The notes below the pieces were generated by a model. That model saw only the letters and a list, made by a program, of their open reading frames with translations. It was not told the origin of the DNA and did not search any database. From the NCBI GenBank assembly GCA_963796275.1, contig CAWCKY010000006.1:32001-96000 (forward strand): a stretch of 64,000 nt of DNA, in the 5' to 3' direction. Position 1 is the stretch's first letter. Each line of letters opens with the position of its first letter. Positions 19,532 through 30,304 of this stretch are shown piece after piece. This DNA comes from an uncultured Acidobacteriota bacterium. Its GTDB lineage: Bacteria; Acidobacteriota; Blastocatellia; RBC074. Both the position numbers and the translations under genes were made by a program.

Positions 19532-22187
19532 CTATTCGTGATGAAGAGCCTGGAGCGGATCGACCTTCGTCGCGCGGCGCGCCGGAATGTAGGTCGCGAT
19601 CAGGGCGACAGCCGACTAGGAGCAAGGCAATTAGTGCGAAGGTTGCCGGATCGGTAGCACTCACTTCGAAGAGCAGATTTTTCATGACGCGCGTCAGGGC
19701 GAGCGCCGCAGTCAAACCCAACACCACGCCGATTAGCGTCAAGCTCATTCCCCGCCAGACCACCATCCACAACACTTCGCTCGCCCGCGCCCCCAGGGCC
19801 ATGCGAATGCCGATCTCTTGCGTGCGCTGGCTGACGGCATACGAGATGACGCCGTAAATTCCGACCATCGCGATGACGAGCGCCAGGGCGGCGAAGAGGC
19901 CAAACAACCACGTTTGAAAACGGCGCGGCGCAGACGAATTGGCCAAGAGCTGTTCCATCGTCGCGTAGGCGAACCAGTGGTCTGCCTCAAGCGCCCTGAT
20001 TTGCTGCCGCACGGCAGTGGAGCCACTTCAACGGATCTGCCCGCTGTGCGTATCACCCATAGACCTCCTTGGGAAGCTTGCATCTTGGAAAGATGGGCGA
20101 TAAAACTCCGCTTGCGACTCAGCCTCCAACCCAAATACCGTTTCACATCAGCCACTACGCCAATGATGGTCATATCAGGTTTGCCGCTTTCGTCCCGTAT
20201 GCGCTTGCCGATAGGGTCTTCTCCCGTGAAGAGGCGACGCGCCAGCGTTTCGTTGATGACAATGACAGGTGGTGTGTTCTCAGTATCCAGCTCAGTGAAA
20301 CTATGTCCCGCACGGAACTTCATCTGCATAGCTCGAAAGTAATCAGGACTGACAGTGTGTTTTTCGGCCATTGGTGTTTTTTGTTCATCGGGGGACAGGT
20401 TGGCCGCCCACCGGCCGTCAACCGTGGCTTGCCGGTGATTCCAGTATCGATTAAAGCAGCGTCCGACTGTTTGCCACTGCTTGTACGCCAGGCAAAGCTC
20501 TGGAGGCGTGTCGAGCAACTCCTGGTTGAAACGCTCCGTTGCGCCGAGTCGAATGGGTATTTGACGGGGTTGATCGCTACATCCATGGTCAGCAAGTTTT
20601 CCGGGTTGTAACCTGGATCAACCGCATGCATGAGCGAGAAGTCTTGACGAGTAAACCCGCGCCGATGAGCACTACCAATGCCAACGCCAACTCGCTGATG
20701 ACCAGCACAGGCAAAAGCGCTTTTCCGTCTGAAAGGTTAGCTCGACGTAACGTGCGCGCCGACAATTTCTAGGCTCTCGTTGAAATCAACCCGCGAAGCC
20801 GGCAGCGCGGGGATGAGTCCTGCGCTGCCGCCGGTCAGCAAAGTAGCGAAGAAGGTGAAGCCGAGCACGGTTTTATCAATGCTGCTCAGTTTGAGCATCG
20901 ACAGACTCTCAGGGGGTTAAACGCGACCAGCACCTTGACGCCCCACAGCGCCAACAACAATCCGGCCGCTCCGCCCAAGGGCGGATAACAGAAAAGCTTT
21001 CGGTCAGCATTTGCCTGAATCAGCCGCTTGCGCCCAGCCCCCAGCGCCGCGCGAATCGCCAGTTCTTTCTGGCTGGCACACTGGGCGCGCGCAAGCAAAA
21101 GGTTCGCCACATTGGCGCAAGCGATCAGCAGGACAAACACCACTGCGCCGAAAAGCGCCAGCAACCCGCGCCGCAAATGGCCGACCAGCTTTTCGGCAAG
21201 AGGCATCACTCGGGCCTTTAAGCCGGCAAATTCCGGATAGGTTTGTATATAAGGCTGAAGAAGTAAGTCTAATTCAGACCGTGCTTGCTCAATAGAAACA
21301 CGGGGCTTGAGCCGTCCGAAAACAACATTCTCGATGATATATGGTTTCCGCGCGTCGATCGCGAGTGGAACCCAGATGTCGATCTTTCCTCCCGTTCGGC
21401 GTTCGGGGAGGAAGCGATAGCTGGGTGGCATCACGCCGATCACTGTCCATTTTTGGTTGTCAAAAGGAACTTCCTGACCGACTGCGGAAGGATTGCCTCC
21501 AAAGCGCCGCTGCCAGTAATCGTGGCTCAGCACGACCACACCTGGAGCGCCGGGCCGATCCTCTTCCGGGGTGAAGGCACGTCCCAGCTGAGGCTTGATG
21601 CCCAGCGCCGGAAATAAGCTGGCCGTTGCTTGAACGCGATTGATCTTCTCTGCATGTCCTTTCAGGGTGATCGTATCTACCTCGAAAGCGGCCAAATGCT
21701 CAAAAGTCTTCGACTGCGCCTGAAAGGTAAGAAACAGGTCAGTGCTGATAAGTTCGTCTCCGTGAAAAACATTGGTTACAAACCAGCGCTGTGATTCGGG
21801 GTAAGGCAGCGGGTTGAAGACTAACGCGTTCATACACTAAAGATCGCCGTGTTCGCGCCAATGCCCAGTGCCAGCGTGAGCACGATGACGATGGTGAAGC
21901 CGGGATTTTTTCTCAGCATCGCGCGCCATACGGCGAGATCTTGGAACAGCGTCTCGATCGACCTAATTCCACGCATTTCGCGATTGACCTCTTGTGAGCA
22001 AAGTGACATTTCGGAACTGGCGGCGTGAGGCCTGGGCGGCCTCGGCCTCACTCATCCCCGGACGAACATATCGCTCGGTCAGCAATTCGAGATGAGCCCG
22101 GATATCATCATCGAACTCCCGCTCGGCTCTTCGATCTCCGAAGGACCCTCGCAGTCTCGCCGCCAATGCGCGCAATAGTGGATGATC
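19532..22187 (-). pseudogene. ADOP (MacB/FtsX duplicated orphan) ABC permease, copy 2, heavily frameshifted
   Basis: Fragments: [68 protein letters not shown]. Confidence 0.85.
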
Positions 22188-22194
22188 TCGATTC

Positions 22195-24811
22195 CTATTT
22201 GTGGTGAAGAGCCTGAAGCGGATCGAGCTTGGTCGCTCTGCGTGCCGGAATGTAGCTGGCAGTGAGAGCCACGACCAAAAACATCAAGGAGATGAGGGCG
22301 AAGGTCGCCGGATGAGTCGCACTTATGTTGAATAGCAGACTCTTCATAACGCGGGTCAGGGCGAACGCCGCCGCCAATCCCAGCGCCACGCCGATCAACG
22401 CCAAGCTCATTCCCCGCCAGACCACCATCCCCATCACATCTTTCGCTTGAGCTCCCAGGGCCATCCGGATGCCGATTTCGTGCGTTCGCTGGCTGACGGC
22501 GTAGGAGATGACGACGTAAATTCAGACGTCGCGATGATCAACGCCAAAGCAGCGAATCCTGAACAGCCACACCTGGAAACGCCGTGGTGCATACGATTCG
22601 GCCAGGTTTGCTCCATCGTCATCAGTTGGAATATGTGCGTCCGCAGCGAGCTCCCGCACTTGCTGCCGGACGGCTGGACTCCATTTCAGTGGATCGCCGC
22701 CGTGCGTATAACCCATCTGTCACCCTCGGATTCACCATTTTGGAGTGACGAATGATAAATTTCTGCATGCGTTTCAGCCTCCATCTATATCGTTTCACAT
22801 CAGCAACCACACCGACGATAATCAATTCAGGGTTGCTGCCTTCAAGTCGTATTCGCTTGACAACGGGGTTTCTCCAACGATATAGCGGCGCGCCAGGGTA
22901 TCATTGATGACAACCACTGGCGGTGTGTTCTCAGTCTCCTGTTCGAGAAACCGCGCCCCGCGCGCATCCGCATCCCCAGGACTAGAAAATAGTCGGGACT
23001 GACATAGTGGCTTTCAGCCAAGGGCTTTTGTTCGTCCGGGACAAGCGGGAAGCCTACAATGGTCAACCGTTTCTGCCAATTATCCCGTCATCTGCCAGCG
23101 GCAAAGTCCTGCTGTTTGCCGCTCCCTGCACACCGGGCAGTGTGTTGAGGCGCGCGAGTAATTCCCGATGAAGCGCGGGTGCACCGAGTCTCTGGGTGCT
23201 GCCACCATGGTCAAGAAATTCTTGGATCATAGCCGGATCAACTGCGAGCAAGCGCAGAAAGCGTTGATTAGCAACCCGCGCCGATTAACAGTATCAGCGT
23301 CAACGCCAGTTCACCGACCAGAAAAACGGGCGAGATGCGCCGTGCATTTGCTGAAGGCCGCGCCGCGTCCTCTACCTTTTAAGCTTTCGTTGAGATCGAT
23401 TCGCGATGCCGTAGCGCGGGGACGAGTCCCGCTACGATCACGGTCAGCAAGACGCTGAGAAATGTGAATCCGAGCACTGAGGCATCAATCCGGCTCAGTT
23501 TGAATGGCGATAGATGATCAGGGCCCCGCGACCAACGCCTTGACTCTTGCTGGGCCAACAACAATCCGGCCGCGCCGCCGAATACGGATAACAACAGGCT
23601 CTCAGTCAGCATCTGCCTGACCAGGCGTCCGCGGCCGGCGCCCAGCGCGCGCGAATCGCCAGCTCTTGCAGGCGCCCACTGGCGCGCGCCAGCAAAAGAT
23701 TCGCCACGTTGGCGCAGGCGATCAATAAGACAATGCCGACCATACCAAACAGCGTCAGCAAACCGAGCCGCAGATGGCCAACCAGCCTTTCGGCAAGAGG
23801 CATCACGCCGGCCTTCATGCCGGCCATTTCCGGATGGGCTTGTATAGAAGGCTGAAGAAGTAAGTCGAATTCTGCCCGCGCTTGCTCGACGGAAGCGCCG
23901 GGCTTGCGCCGACAAAAACATTATCGAGGATTATATCCTCCCCTTTCTTCAACTCCCCCTGCAGGTTGATCGGATAAGGCTCCCAGACATCGACATTTCC
24001 ACCCAACCGGCTTTCCGGTAAGAAGGAAATCCCGGCGGCATCACGCCTAGAATCAAACGGCTGCCCCTGCCGAAAGGAACTGATCGACCGACTGACAGAA
24101 GGGTCGCCGCCAAAGCGCCGTTGCCAGAATTCGTGACTCAGGATCACTACCGGCGGGCCACCCGGTCGAGCTTCCTCCTGCGTGAAGGAGCGCCCCAACC
24201 ACGGCGCGACGCCGAGCGTCGGAAATAGACGGGCCGTCGCTTCCGCGAAATTGATCTCCTCTGGCCCGTCCTGCATCGTCAAAATCCTGGTATAACACCA
24301 AGAAAGCAGCCAGCCCGTCCAATGTCTTCGACTGCGCCTGATAAGTACGGTACTGGCTAACGCCGATGAATACGTATAGACGGAAAACGGTGGTGACCCA
24401 AACCAGCCGCTGTGATTCGGGGTAGGGCAGCGGGTTGAAGACTAACGCGTTCGTTACACTAAAGATCGCCGTGTTCGCCCCAATGCCCAGCGCCAATGTA
24501 ATCACGGCGACGACGGTGAACCCCGGATTTCTCCCCAGCATCCACAGGCCATACCGAACATCCTGAAAGAGTGTCTCAATAAATCTGATTCCACGCATCT
24601 CGCGATTCACCTCCTTCAGCAATGTCACATTTCCGAACTGGCGGCGCGCGGTCCGAGCGGCTTCTTTCTCGGTCAACCCCTGGCGAACGTATCGCTCGGC
24701 GAGTAGACGCAAATGCACCTCGATCTCGTCGTCGAGCTCTCGATCCGCTCTTCGATCTCCGAACAATCCTCGCAGTCTCGCCGCCAATGCGCGCAAATAG
24801 TGGATCATCAT
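22195..24811 (-). pseudogene. ADOP ABC permease, copy 1, heavily frameshifted
   Basis: Permease prefix ([12 protein letters not shown]...ARRQFGN), [51 protein letters not shown]. Confidence 0.87.
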
Positions 24812-25166
24812 TACCGTGGCCCTCCAGTCTCAACAGGCGCCCGATCACCCCGGATATCCTTTCCCGATTCTCCGTCTCTCTCGCGAGCCGTTTTCGGCCG
24901 CTCTTTGTGATCGAATAGTATTTCGCCTTGCGATTGTTTTCCGACACCCCTCACTCTGAAGCGATCGATCCTCGCTGCTGGAGCCTCAAGAGAGAGGTAT
25001 TGGCCATTCCTTCATTCAATTGCAGAACCTGCTCGCTCACTTGCTCGATCCGGCGGGCGATTCCATACCCATGCCGCAGCCCCAGAGCGACGAGAACTTT
25101 CAGGAGCATCAGGTCGAGCGTACCCTGTAGGACTTCCGATTTTCTATTCAGTTTTCCCTTGGACAT
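24812..25166 (-). pseudogene. PadR-family regulator with in-frame TGA (Trp to stop) at 24951
   Basis: LQGTLDLMLLK..HGYGIARRIEQ...SE*GVSENNRKAKYYSITKSG. Confidence 0.85.
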
Positions 25167-25206
25167 GCCAAGGAAGATACTCCTCCCTCATTGGCATGTC
25201 CATAGG
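25157..25206. promoter_or_regulatory. Inverted-repeat operator candidates overlapping the padR start
   Basis: ggacatgccaa (25161) and ttggcatgtcc (25191) are mutually inverted; ccttggacatgccaagg is itself palindromic. Confidence 0.45.
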
Positions 25207-25595
25207 TAGATAGCGGAAGGCTGTCAATCAATCAATCAGGCAAATCGGGATCTCGGTGACTTGGCATTGAGATGCCAGCTAAGAAGGGAAGGGAGTGCCA
25301 GACGGCGTTCCACAGTGTTTCACGACTCAAGTTTTCTGTCCCTGAGGCTACTCGAAACACCAATATTTTCCATCTTGGCCAACCGCGAACCATAGCTAGG
25401 CCATAACTCATCCCGGAGTAAACCTCGATCGTATGGGGCTTTCCTGCTCACGCAATTTTTGCGTGGACACAAACTCAATAGATTGCGGCTTTAAGATTTC
25501 TCTTTGGCGCGCACCAAAGTTTTACTGACAAATAATATTGACATACTATTTTTAAAATAGTATAGCTAAGCATAGCATACTGGAGAGGGGAGTTT

Positions 25596-25940
25596 ATGAC
25601 AAGAAATCCTGAATATCGCGATCTGTTTCCGGGAGCGTTGGAAATGATGATTCTGCAATCGCTCCGGTCGAAGCCCATGCATGGCTATGCTCTGGCAAAA
25701 CACATCAAGCAAGTTTCGGAGGATCTGCTGCAAATCGAGGAAGGATATTTGTATCCGGCTTTGCAGCGGATGCTGAAGGCGGGATGGCTCGAGTCGGAAG
25801 TCGGTGTCTCTGCGAAGAATCGCCCGATTAGGATTTATCGCCTGACAGATGTGGGCCTCAAACATCTGGAACAGGAACTCTCCAGCTTCGAAAAAATGTT
25901 CGCCGGCATCATGCGCGTGCTCGCGGCTGTTGAATCTTAG
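25596..25940 (+). CDS. PadR-family transcriptional regulator (Acidobacterial type)
   Basis: GALEMMILQSL..PMHGYALA...LYPALQRML..GW...NR..RIYRLT. Confidence 0.92.
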   Translation: MTRNPEYRDLFPGALEMMILQSLRSKPMHGYALAKHIKQVSEDLLQIEEGYLYPALQRMLKAGWLESEVGVSAKNRPIRIYRLTDVGLKHLEQELSSFEKMFAGIMRVLAAVES

Positions 25941-25949
25941 GAGGTCTTT

Positions 25950-28150
25950 ATGGGATGGCTCAAACAAATCTTGTCCCGTAGCAGACGCTATAACGAGATT
26001 GCGGAGTTGATCAAGAGAGCATCTCGATGAAAAGATAGAAGATCTGATGGCAGACGGGCTGTAGCGGGAAGAGGCTACGTACAAAGCTCGTAGGGAATTT
26101 GGGAATGTCACGCTGATTGAGGAACGCAGCTGCGAAGTCTGGCAGTGGCGCAGGCTGGAAACACTTTTTCAAGACCTGCGCTTCGGCGTGTGAATGCTAC
26201 TGAAGAAACTAGGCTTCACACTGGTTGCAGTGATTACGCTCGCGCTGGGCATCGGCGCGAACACGGCGATTTTCAGTGTTGCCAACATAGTGCTCCTCAA
26301 TACATTTCCTTATCTCGATCATTCGCGAATTTATTACGTGTATCAAAATCTCCAGAAGATTGGCGTGCAAGGTTATTTCGGCGCGTAAGGAACAGGATTC
26401 ACAGAAATTGCACGGTGCGAATCTTTTGAACGGGTCGCAGCTGCAGAAGCAACCTTAAGCCGCAATCTCACGGCGGCTTGGAGCAGGAACGGATAACGGG
26501 CGCTAGGGTGTCTGCGGATTTCTTTCCACTGCTCGGCGTAAATACTTTGCTGGGACGCACGATCACGGCGGAAGATCAAGGTACTCGAGGCGAGCGGGTG
26601 CTGGTGATCAATCACAGCTTATGGCAGCGCCGGTTCGGAGGGAAACAGGAAGTAATAGGGCAAAAGGTATTACTCGATGATGAGCAGTACACGCTCGTAG
26701 GCGTGATGCCGCCACATTTCTTTTTAGAAGACCGGGAGGCATATTTCCCCTTCGAATTCAATCTCAATGATTCACGGCGTTTATATGTGGTGGCGCGACT
26801 TAAATACGGTGTTTCGCTGGAACAGGCAAACGCGGAGTTGGAAGTGATGGCTCGGAATCAGGAAAATGTTTATGGCAGCAATTATCAGGTGCTCATCGGT
26901 AGAACTGTTTATACTACAATCGATCAGAGAGGCCTTATTTGGTCAGATCAATCAGGTTTTAACTATATTACTCAGCGCAGTAGGACTGGTACTGCTTCTT
27001 GCCTGCGCGAATATCGCGAATCTCTTGCTGGCGCGAGCGACGGTGCGCACGCGCGAGATGGCTCTTCGCGTCACTTTGGGCGCAGGCCGTATACCGCATA
27101 GTACGCTAACTGGTTAAGGAGAGCATGGCGCTGGCGCTGTTGGGCGGCGCGGTGGGTGTGCTCCTGGCTTTCATTGGGGTTGACGCTATCGTTGCGATTC
27201 TCTCGCCTAACACAATTCGCGGAGAGCTTGATGTAAGTATCAACGGACCGGTTCTTTTCGGCGTCTTCATCGTATCGCTCATAAGTGCGCTGTTGTTCGG
27301 CCTGTGGCAGGCTCTCAGCTCATCTAAGCCAGATTTAAATAATGCTTTGAAGGAGGGCGGGCAAACCTCTGCCGGGTTGGGCTACGCGAGCGCGCGCAAC
27401 ATGTTGGTGGTCTTCCAGGTAGCGATTTCGTTGGTGCTGCTGGTGACCGCAGGGCTAATGGTGCGCAGCATAGGCAGGCTTTTGTTAGTGGATATGGGGT
27501 TTAACCCGAAAATGTGCTGACTATGCGGGTCAATATTACGCTCTCGAGAGCGGGGGGCGGCGATCGGAATATGGCTGTTTTACAACAATTGAGTGAGCGC
27601 ATCAGTACGGTAGCCGGTGTACAATCCGCCGGCCTCGCGAAGACTATGCGATTCATCGAATCACTGACTGCACGGATCACAGTAGAGGCTATAGGTGCGC
27701 AAGACGCACAAACAGAGAATGTTGATTCCGTACGATCAGTACGAACTATCTCCAGTTGATGGGTATTAGTCTGATCGAAGGGGAAGGTTTTACCGCAGAA
27801 GACAAGCAGGGGGCTCTCAACGTGGTAATAGTCAATCAAACGATGGCTCGACGATTCTGGCTAAATGAAAAGGCGGTGGGAAAGCGATTGAAAGGGGGGA
27901 AGCGAATTCTGCCGGTATATGGAGGACGGTCAAAGGGGTGGTAGCAGATTCAGGCCAAAGGTCACCGAGCGTCTCGATCAATCCGGAAGTATATCTCTCG
28001 CATCTACAGGATCAGACCTGTTGCCGCCGGATGAATCTGGTGATGCGCACAAATGTTGAACCTGCCGGCCTGATCGGTCAGATTAAGCGTGAAATACAAT
28101 GAGCGATTAAAGATCAACCGGTCTACCAGGTTATGACTATGGAGGAAGTG
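25950..28150 (+). pseudogene. ADOP ABC permease, copy 4, with in-frame stops and frameshifts, 3' truncated
   Basis: [61 protein letters not shown]; nonsense codons, e.g. TAG near 26061. Confidence 0.85.
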
Positions 28151-28188
28151 AGCTGGAAGCGAAATAGACCGGCCTCTGGTCTACTGGC

Positions 28189-28374
28189 GGCTGGACGGCG
28201 TTGATGCTTAGCGCCGGATATGGCCGCGCGGAGGCTATGAAACAGTTGCTCGCCGGTTGCGCTGATGTCAACGCTAAAGATAGTGATGGATGGAGCGCGC
28301 TAATTGTAGCAGCACCGCACGGCTATATCGAAATGGGGAAACAGTTATTCGCGGTTGGCTACATGGTATGTTAG
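28189..28374 (+). pseudogene. Ankyrin-repeat gene fragment
   Basis: GWTALMLSAGYGRAEAMKQLL...ADVNAKDSDGWSALIVAA.HGYIE..KQL; no start codon or RBS seen. Confidence 0.7.
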
Positions 28375-28403
28375 GCGCGGCGCCGGAACATGACTTCTTC
28401 TCT

Positions 28404-28688
28404 TTATTCCCTCAACTTTTTCGGCTCTGAGTTTATTCGCTCCAGCACATTGGGCTGCTCACCTTCAAAATGCCGGTAACGCTGCAAGTCCTCATCACTA
28501 AAATTGACAGCAAGTTGTAGATGCTGGCAGCGAGGGCAACCGTAGGCGCGGATACTGCGAGTGCCGACCCCGAACATACTTTTCCAGATGGAGACCGCTC
28601 CCAGCTTAAAGACAGTCGTGCCTCCGCCCGAAGTCTCCATCAGAGTACCTTCAACAAGCGCGGAACTACCACATGCTACACACTTCAT
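28404..28688 (-). CDS. Small zinc-ribbon protein (CxxC...CxxC), integron cassette ORF
   Basis: MKCVACGS...AYGCPRCQHL; GGAG upstream of ATG 28688; flanked by attC core sites. Confidence 0.75.
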   Translation of the reverse strand: MKCVACGSSALVEGTLMETSGGGTTVFKLGAVSIWKSMFGVGTRSIRAYGCPRCQHLQLAVNFSDEDLQRYRHFEGEQPNVLERINSEPKKLRE

Positions 28689-28787
28689 GCTCCAAACCCC
28701 CTTCAAGAAATAATAATTTTAGCCCGACGCTACGACGGCAATCCTAAGATTGCTTCCGAGACGTTTATTTGTAAATGACGGGATAGC

Positions 28788-28878
28788 GCCTAACGAATCC
28801 TGTTCACCGGACGCGGGTGGAACCTTGGAGGTCATGACCAAGCCTGTTGCGCGCGATCCGGTGCAACGTCTATTAGGC
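28788..28878 (-). mobile_element. Integron attC recombination site (91 bp)
   Basis: Minus strand: GCCTAAT (R'') agacg ttgcaccgga (L'') ... tccggtgaac (L') aggattc GTTAGGC (R'); a second lone GCCTAAC lies just after the cassette ORF stop (28370-28376). Confidence 0.75.
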
Positions 28879-29260
28879 GCGAACACTATAGACGGCGTGT
28901 TTGGCCGCGCCCTTTGACTCGCTGGCACGAGCCTTGCGACTGGCTCGGACGACGACGTCGCTTTTCTCCCGTCGTACGATAGACAGTCTCACAACGTAAA
29001 CGCCGATTTGTCGGGAAGAGGGGGATGGGTAGATAGAAAGGATCCTATAAATAAGGCTTAAAACCCTCTCCTATAGATTGTCTATACGCCACGGATACGC
29101 CACGGATACGCCGGATGTTCCGTGGACGCCTGGTACGGAGGAGTTTCAAGCAGAGAAGAGCAGCGAGATGACAGCAGAGAAATAGAAATTCTGTGGACAC
29201 CGGCCGAAGGGCTGAACGACTAACTTATGGGATAGAATAGATCCGTTCGTTGTATATCTA

Positions 29261-29728
29261 ATGACGGATTCGATTTACACAATCTACACGATCGGGCACG
29301 GGCGACATCCGGCGGACTATTTTCTCAAGCTACTGCGGCATTATGAGATCGCATTTGTGTGTGACGTGCGCACGGCGGCGCGGTCGCGTTGGCCACAGTA
29401 CAATGGGTTGGTGCTGGCGGATGTGCTTAATCAGCACGGGATCGGCTATGAACACTTGCCCGAGTGTGGCGGCAAAGTCTTGGCGCCGCCGCCAGAATTG
29501 GCCAGCGGGCTGGACCGACTGATGGAACTCGCGGCTGAAATGACGACGGTGTTAATGTGTTCCGAGTCTCAGCCACTTACCCGTCATATACGCCAACCGA
29601 GAGCTAACTGCCACCGGGTCGGCCTGCTAGCTCCTCGGCTGCGGGCGCGTGGCGCACACATCATTCACATTCTGCCCAATGGAAAAAAACTGGAATTCGA
29701 TGAGTCGACGGTGCCTTCGATCTGGTAG
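29261..29728 (+). CDS. DUF488 domain protein
   Basis: IYTIGHG...F..LL....I..VCDVR...RSR.PQYN...GIGYEHL...GG...VLMCSE....CHR. Confidence 0.85.
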   Translation: MTDSIYTIYTIGHGRHPADYFLKLLRHYEIAFVCDVRTAARSRWPQYNGLVLADVLNQHGIGYEHLPECGGKVLAPPPELASGLDRLMELAAEMTTVLMCSESQPLTRHIRQPRANCHRVGLLAPRLRARGAHIIHILPNGKKLEFDESTVPSIW

Positions 29729-29903
29729 CAGGGCGATAGCGGAGTTGGTGATCACGAGATCAGCCCCTGAAGAGGCTGTATATCTAACTGTGCGGCGCGC
29801 TGGCCATCCGGTGACGGCTCAGCCGATCTTCGGCGAGATCATTCCCGAGCGTCAGAGTTATGTTCCAATGGAGTCAGCTTTCTATCGGTAATGGTTTAGG
29901 CTC

Positions 29904-30003
29904 TTTTTTTAGGGAAGCAAAAGGGGAATAAGCTGCAAAAAGAACGAAAAAGAAGCTCTTGCTATTTTGGCAACTTTCTGCCCATTTTGCCTCCCTAAAA
30001 AAG
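29904..30003. repeat. Palindromic intergenic element or possible terminator downstream of the precursor gene
   Basis: tttttagggaagcaaaaggg ... cccattttgcctccctaaaaaa. Confidence 0.5.
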
Positions 30004-30026
30004 AACGCCTCGTCGTCTTCCAGTTT

Positions 30027-30233
30027 TCAAGCACAGATACAAACGAGAAGATGTAGACTCCTGTAGTAACTGACACAGTGATAGCTGCCGGCGGCATGGT
30101 TCATATCTGCCCCTGAAGAAATCTCTACCAAGCCGGCAGGATTTTCCGGCAATGACCTTTGCTCGTCAGCACTCAAGCTCATACGATAGTCGTCGTCTTT
30201 CCAAGCGCGAATGATTTTGTCTGTTTCCAGCAT
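30027..30233 (-). CDS. lanA: Class II lanthipeptide precursor, mersacidin/lichenicidin-type leader
   Basis: IIRAWKDDDYRMSL..E...LPENPAGLVEI leader; predicted core after AAG: SYHCVSYYRSLHLLVCICA; RBS AGGAG; adjacent to lanM. Confidence 0.88.
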   Translation of the reverse strand: MLETDKIIRAWKDDDYRMSLSADEQRSLPENPAGLVEISSGADMNHAAGSYHCVSYYRSLHLLVCICA

Positions 30234-30304
30234 AATTAAGCTCCTTTATTTTGTGTTGTTTATACTTTGACGGGCGATTCAGGTGAACACCCGTCAATCA
30301 AAAG

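Noticed and set aside
18850-28150. ADOP permeases as the lanthipeptide exporter or immunity system
   Set aside because: They are broken, lack ATPase and C39 peptidase domains, and are common throughout Acidobacterial genomes.
29084-29115. Short tandem repeat atacgccacgg x~2.5
   Set aside because: Too short, with no associated feature; probably replication slippage.
29909-30097. Alternative Ser/Thr-rich frame overlapping lanA as the true core
   Set aside because: It has no Cys; the annotated frame gives a balanced 3 Ser / 3 Cys core.
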